DNA of 64,000 nt from Candidatus Poribacteria bacterium. Lineage in GTDB: Bacteria; Poribacteria; WGA-4E; PCPOR2b. The DNA is taken from NCBI GenBank assembly GCA_965116925.1, contig OZ220744.1:4864001-4928000 (forward strand), read 5' to 3'. Position numbers and translations under genes: made by a program. Shown one piece after another: positions 59,820-64,000 of this stretch; position 1 is the stretch's first letter, and every line of letters begins with the position of its first letter. The notes under the pieces were generated by a model. The model had not been told where the DNA came from. It saw only the letters and a list, made by a program, of their open reading frames with translations, and made no database searches.

Positions 59820-61097
59820 CTAATCGCTAGCACTCATCAACCATTCCAAGTTAAACCGCGCTACGCTGATCTTTTCTCTATCGCGCACCACCCCGTTGGT
59901 ATACAGACAGAGGATTGTCCCATCCGGAGTCACCGCGAGGTCGGAATACCGGGACAGTCCTCGTTCAACCGTACGCGAAAGGTCCCAACTCCCGCCCTCG
60001 TCTCGACTGATGCGAATCGTCATATCTTTCGCCGGAGATGGACTGGAAAACAGGAGGAGGTCTTTACCTGCTCCCTCACCCCCACGGTAGCGGATTAGCC
60101 CCGCATGGAGATTCGCGTCCGGTAGTTCTTCGTGCTGACCGTGTTCGCAGAAGGTTTCACCGTAATCGCTGCTGCGTGCGAAGTGGCGTTTGCCGGTGGC
60201 GAGTGTGTTCTTGCGATAACTGACGTAGATACTACCCCCTGTGGTCTCCACAAGACTGACCTCGTCCGAGCCTTCGGGCAGGACAGCACCCGCCTTCCAG
60301 CTCTGCCCGTGATCGTCGCTGTACAACAAGCCACCACGAACTCCCGGCACCTGCCCCGGTTCGCCATCTTTGTAAAGAAACGCCGGTATGATCAACCGTC
60401 CCTTGCAGGGACCAACAGCGAGTTGGATGCCGTGGACACAGTTATTGGACCACCCCACCCAACCCTCCGCGTTCGGTTCCGGGCGGACATAGAAGGGAGC
60501 AGACCAACTCCGTCCCTGATCGGTGCTTTTGAGCAGATAGAAACCACCTCCCTGTTTGGCGTGTTCGCTGAAGTAACCGAGGTCGTCCAATATGTCCGCG
60601 GGCATTTTCCAGAAAGCGACAAATACAGCGTCCGTCGTGCAGTCCTCGAAGATGGGACCAAGATAGGTGAATGCCCCCTCCTCCTCGAAGATGACCTCCT
60701 GCCGCCCCCAAGTTGCGCCGCTGTCCTCGCTACGCGCCATCAAGATATCAACCTGGTTGCCGCCGTCTCCCATCGAACCGTGTCGTTTCTGGCACACGGC
60801 AATAGCCGTCCCTTGTGTCGTGACAATGAGTCCCGGCAGATGGACGCCAAACCCGTCGTAGTTGTGATACTTCAAGGCTGACAGGTCCACCTCGATTGGC
60901 ATATCGGCGAGGGCTTTCCTCTCCTCTCTGGTCAACCCTGTCAGATGGATGAGGACAGATTTCGGCTCGCGTGTGCTATAGTAGATTTGGGCGTTAGCGC
61001 GCTCTGCTCGTTCCCAGTGGTGGGCTGGGGCTTGCGCCAATTCCTCTCCCTGCCCGGGTAGGAGCACGTCAATTTTCTCAAAGAATACTTCGCTCAT
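59820..61097 (-). CDS. Sialidase (GH33 / BNR Asp-box) family protein
   Basis: Asp boxes SEDSGATW, STDQGRSW, SDDHGQSW, SSDYGETF and SRDEGGSW; YS motif. Confidence 0.8.
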   Translation of the reverse strand: MSEVFFEKIDVLLPGQGEELAQAPAHHWERAERANAQIYYSTREPKSVLIHLTGLTREERKALADMPIEVDLSALKYHNYDGFGVHLPGLIVTTQGTAIAVCQKRHGSMGDGGNQVDILMARSEDSGATWGRQEVIFEEEGAFTYLGPIFEDCTTDAVFVAFWKMPADILDDLGYFSEHAKQGGGFYLLKSTDQGRSWSAPFYVRPEPNAEGWVGWSNNCVHGIQLAVGPCKGRLIIPAFLYKDGEPGQVPGVRGGLLYSDDHGQSWKAGAVLPEGSDEVSLVETTGGSIYVSYRKNTLATGKRHFARSSDYGETFCEHGQHEELPDANLHAGLIRYRGGEGAGKDLLLFSSPSPAKDMTIRISRDEGGSWDLSRTVERGLSRYSDLAVTPDGTILCLYTNGVVRDREKISVARFNLEWLMSASD

Positions 61098-61124
61098 GCT
61101 TTCTTATCCCTCACCGTCAATATG

Positions 61125-61529
61125 TTAGACAACCCCAGTCTTAAAAACCCAAAACAGGTAGACAAGTACAAATATCATCCAAATGCACGCAATCGTTTTC
61201 ATCACGCGGCTTGGCCAACCTTTCTTTGTGAAATGCCACGCAATGTGATTGAATAGTACCCCTAACATGGCCATGAAGCTAAGGTAAATGGGAGAAGAAA
61301 TTTGCCAGCTAAAAGGCATCAGAGCCCACACGCTGAAGGCAAGCACGCAAAGAATGACCAATAGGAAACCGTACTTAACGCTTAACACCGTCGAAATTAT
61401 GCCTTTACTCCTTTTTGACTCTTTTTCATTTTCAATTTGGATGCTCTCTCTAAGTGCCCGCTGCCGTTCCTGTTCGTCTTCAATTTTGGCTTGTAATTGC
61501 TGTTTTTCAATGTCGGTGAATACTCTCAT
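61125..61529 (-). CDS. Hypothetical membrane protein (coiled coil + 3 TM)
   Basis: Charged N-terminus, hydrophobic C-terminal helices; GGAG RBS. Confidence 0.6.
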   Translation of the reverse strand: MRVFTDIEKQQLQAKIEDEQERQRALRESIQIENEKESKRSKGIISTVLSVKYGFLLVILCVLAFSVWALMPFSWQISSPIYLSFMAMLGVLFNHIAWHFTKKGWPSRVMKTIACIWMIFVLVYLFWVFKTGVV

Positions 61530-61548
61530 CAGAGATTATCTCCTGATG

Positions 61549-61758
61549 CTAATTGGTGAAGAAATCGAAGATATTACTCAAGCGCGAGGTGTCTGCCCTG
61601 TAGACCTCGGTGTATTGGCATTGCGTGCATGAGACGGTGGTGAATTTTTTGTTTTGAACATCGAACAGCTTGGCAAGTGTGCCACCCGTTGCTTGGAAAA
61701 TATCTGTTTCAAATTCAACATTGTCGCATTTGGGACATTTCCACTTTTCGTGTCGCAT
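61549..61758 (-). CDS. Zinc-ribbon protein (DUF2082-like)
   Basis: CPKC...FDVQNKKF..VSC..C.YTE.Y. Confidence 0.8.
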   Translation of the reverse strand: MRHEKWKCPKCDNVEFETDIFQATGGTLAKLFDVQNKKFTTVSCTQCQYTEVYRADTSRLSNIFDFFTN

Positions 61759-62030
61759 GTCTTCTTTCTCCTTTTGTTAGGTTCTGTTGACCTTTGGGTC
61801 TCGAGATATGAATCTCGACCTACAGGAACAAGCAATATGATAGCACAGATCCAAGCAAGCGACACAAAGAAACGTAGATCCGCTCTCCTCTCCATTTTGC
61901 TGGACGCACCGGAACGTCCTATGATACAATCGATTTTGTGAGTGTTGGGTTTCACGCTCGTTATCTGTGAGAACGTAGTGTTAAGAGGTAAAAGCTCTAC
62001 TCTCTTTGGTAAAGAGGTTACGGCATACGG

Positions 62031-62145
62031 ATGAAGATTAATTTATTAATTGGGTAATTTCCGAGCGATGTCCGGTGCGGTTGGAAACCGCACCTACCGG
62101 GTCTGGGGAAATATAGAATTACCCGTTTAATTTCTTAAAACCCAT
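62031..62145. mobile_element. 115-bp MITE/REPIN-like element, copy 2
   Basis: Identical by eye to 40154-40268. Confidence 0.85.
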
Positions 62146-62176
62146 GAGTATGCCTACTACTATCAACGGAGGATCC

Positions 62177-62989
62177 ATGACTGCACGATGTGAAGATATA
62201 GATTTTGATCTAAAGATAGCTGAGTTCAGGATCAACGGCTACGCGGTGATTGAGGATGTGTTGTCTGTCGAGACCGTAGATCGCATCCGCGAGGCGTTCA
62301 TACCGATGTTAGAGCATGTCAGGACGCGTGAAACCGGCTTTGCTGAGAAAGAGTGGGGGGACTTACGGACAGGCTTTGGTCGTCAACAGATTATCAATCG
62401 CTACACGTTGACCATCCCGTGGGTGCCACCGTTTGCCGATCCGGAGGTGTATGAGAATCCGGTGATTCTGGAGTTTCTCAGGCGTTATTGGGGCAAGGAC
62501 GATTTTTATATTAGGTGTCTTCACTCCAATAACCCTTACCCGGGGAGCGAGTTTCAGCATTGGCACCGAGATACCGGACTGGCGCGGGAGATTCCGCATG
62601 TCGGGCTTGATACCTGCCCGATATTGGGCGTCAAGTTCCCGCTCGTGGATACTTCAGAGGAGAACGGTAGCATTGAGGTGCTGCCATCAACGCAGTACAT
62701 CGCCAACCCCGACCTAGAGGGACGTTACGATGAAGTGCTGACGCAAGGCGATTTTCCGTCTGCCCGTCGGCTCAACATGAAAAAGGGCACAATGTGGATA
62801 CAGGATGTCCGCACCCTGCACCGTGGCACGCCCAATACCTCCAACGGACCGCGTCCCGAAATTGTGGTCTGCTACGGACTCTCTTGGCTTAGTATTGGTC
62901 ATGCGGTGCAGGTGCCGCCGGAGACATACGAGCAGTTTTCAGAGCGGGCGCGGCGGCTTTTTGAATTTTGCCAAGTTGTTGACTACTGA
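62177..62989 (+). CDS. Phytanoyl-CoA dioxygenase (PhyH) family protein
   Basis: QHWHRD, PLVD..EENG and HRGTPN.S...R motifs; GGAGG RBS before ATG 62177. Confidence 0.88.
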   Translation: MTARCEDIDFDLKIAEFRINGYAVIEDVLSVETVDRIREAFIPMLEHVRTRETGFAEKEWGDLRTGFGRQQIINRYTLTIPWVPPFADPEVYENPVILEFLRRYWGKDDFYIRCLHSNNPYPGSEFQHWHRDTGLAREIPHVGLDTCPILGVKFPLVDTSEENGSIEVLPSTQYIANPDLEGRYDEVLTQGDFPSARRLNMKKGTMWIQDVRTLHRGTPNTSNGPRPEIVVCYGLSWLSIGHAVQVPPETYEQFSERARRLFEFCQVVDY

Positions 62990-64000
62990 GCTGTAGCCGT
63001 CCCGTCGCTATCAGATAAACACCAATCGTACGGTCCGGGGCCGGTATGGCAAACCATCTCAGCGATTTGACGGCGCATGGAATCTACCCGCTCGTGGTGT
63101 TCAGGTTGAACAGCGAGATTTTGCATTTCGTCCGCATCCGTCTCTAAATCGTACAACTCATCAATATCAAAGCGGTTGCGGATATATTTCCAACGCCCAT
63201 CGTAGACCATCACATGAGCGGCGAGCTGTTCTGGATCCGGTGCGCCGCGATAAATCGCTTCATTACTGGAAATTTCGGCGAAGATCGGCTGCGGAGTGGG
63301 TTCTCTGCCCGACAGAATCGCTGAAGCTACGGAGCGTCCATCAATCGGCGAGGGTGGTGTTTCTCCTGCCAGTTCAAGCAGGGTCGGCATCAGGTCAACG
63401 CCAGCCAACGGTGTTTTCACTCGCGTCCCCGCAGGTAATGTTCCACCCCAAGAGAGCAGACACGGCACGCGAACCGATGCTTCGTACATGAGGCATTTCT
63501 CCGTGAAACCGTGGTCGCCGAGCATCTCACCGTGATCGCTGATAAAGGCGACAATCGTATCCTGCGCCATGCCCTGCGTCTCAAGGGCGCGGAGTAGGCG
63601 GTCAACCTGTGCGTCGATGTGCGTGATTAGGGCGTAATAGTACGCAATCACCCGACGAAATTGGTCATCGGTCACGGTTGGGGGAATGCGAAATTTCGCA
63701 CGTTCTTGAAATGCGGGCTTCCCGTCGAGGGTATCCCGAAACGAAGCGGGTAGCGGCATCTGGTCTTCTGGATAAAGTTCGATCAGTTCAGGTGGCACCA
63801 AGACACGCGGGTGCGGGTCCTTGACACTGACAAACAGGAAGAACGGGTCATCGTGCGGTTGTTGGATAAATTCAAGGGACCGATCTATCGTCCACGTGGT
63901 ACGCTGCTGGCGGGGGTCGGTGATTGTCCCAAATTCTAGGGTGTTTCCGTATTGCGTCATCCCTTCAGCGTCTCTGAGGTAGAGATTGGGGACTCCCGCA
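62983..64000 (-). CDS. Sulfatase family protein (5' end outside window)
   Basis: PFFLFVS..DPH, SDHGEMLGDHG and ELYDL..D..E..NL motifs; frame stays open to the window edge. Confidence 0.88.
   Translation of the reverse strand, partial: AGVPNLYLRDAEGMTQYGNTLEFGTITDPRQQRTTWTIDRSLEFIQQPHDDPFFLFVSVKDPHPRVLVPPELIELYPEDQMPLPASFRDTLDGKPAFQERAKFRIPPTVTDDQFRRVIAYYYALITHIDAQVDRLLRALETQGMAQDTIVAFISDHGEMLGDHGFTEKCLMYEASVRVPCLLSWGGTLPAGTRVKTPLAGVDLMPTLLELAGETPPSPIDGRSVASAILSGREPTPQPIFAEISSNEAIYRGAPDPEQLAAHVMVYDGRWKYIRNRFDIDELYDLETDADEMQNLAVQPEHHERVDSMRRQIAEMVCHTGPGPYDWCLSDSDGTATAQ

Noticed and set aside
60132..60881. 249-aa plus-strand ORF
   Set aside because: Antisense shadow of the sialidase-like gene.

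Overview
A gene-dense bacterial chromosomal segment holding about 50 CDS, mostly housekeeping and catabolic: dinG-like helicase, degP, kduD-like, glnD, tilS-hpt, ltaE, tkt, pheA, def, larE, glcF, rsmE, cimA, PhyH dioxygenases, a sulfatase and a sialidase. It also has four tRNAs, one TnpB-only IS200/IS605 element, and many small intergenic mobile repeats (GTAG-type REP hairpins, several MITE families, 7-mer and 8-mer tandem repeats). The gene repertoire, including tandem WD40-dockerin-FlgD-like secreted proteins, resembles Candidatus Poribacteria; this lineage call is inference only. The most notable signal is missing from the ORF track: an 81-codon DUF5069-like gene (34559-34804) with a strong RBS. 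It has an in-frame TGA where I recall the family's conserved Cys (Y-P-[C/U]-P), followed by a SECIS-like hairpin, making it a candidate selenoprotein. Other leads are an ECF sigma factor paired with a double-FHA protein, a TPR/lipoprotein/peptidase-TolB-Omp85/UPF0182 envelope operon, and a 115-bp element sitting in the loops of other hairpins. All family assignments come from motif recognition by eye; no searches were run.
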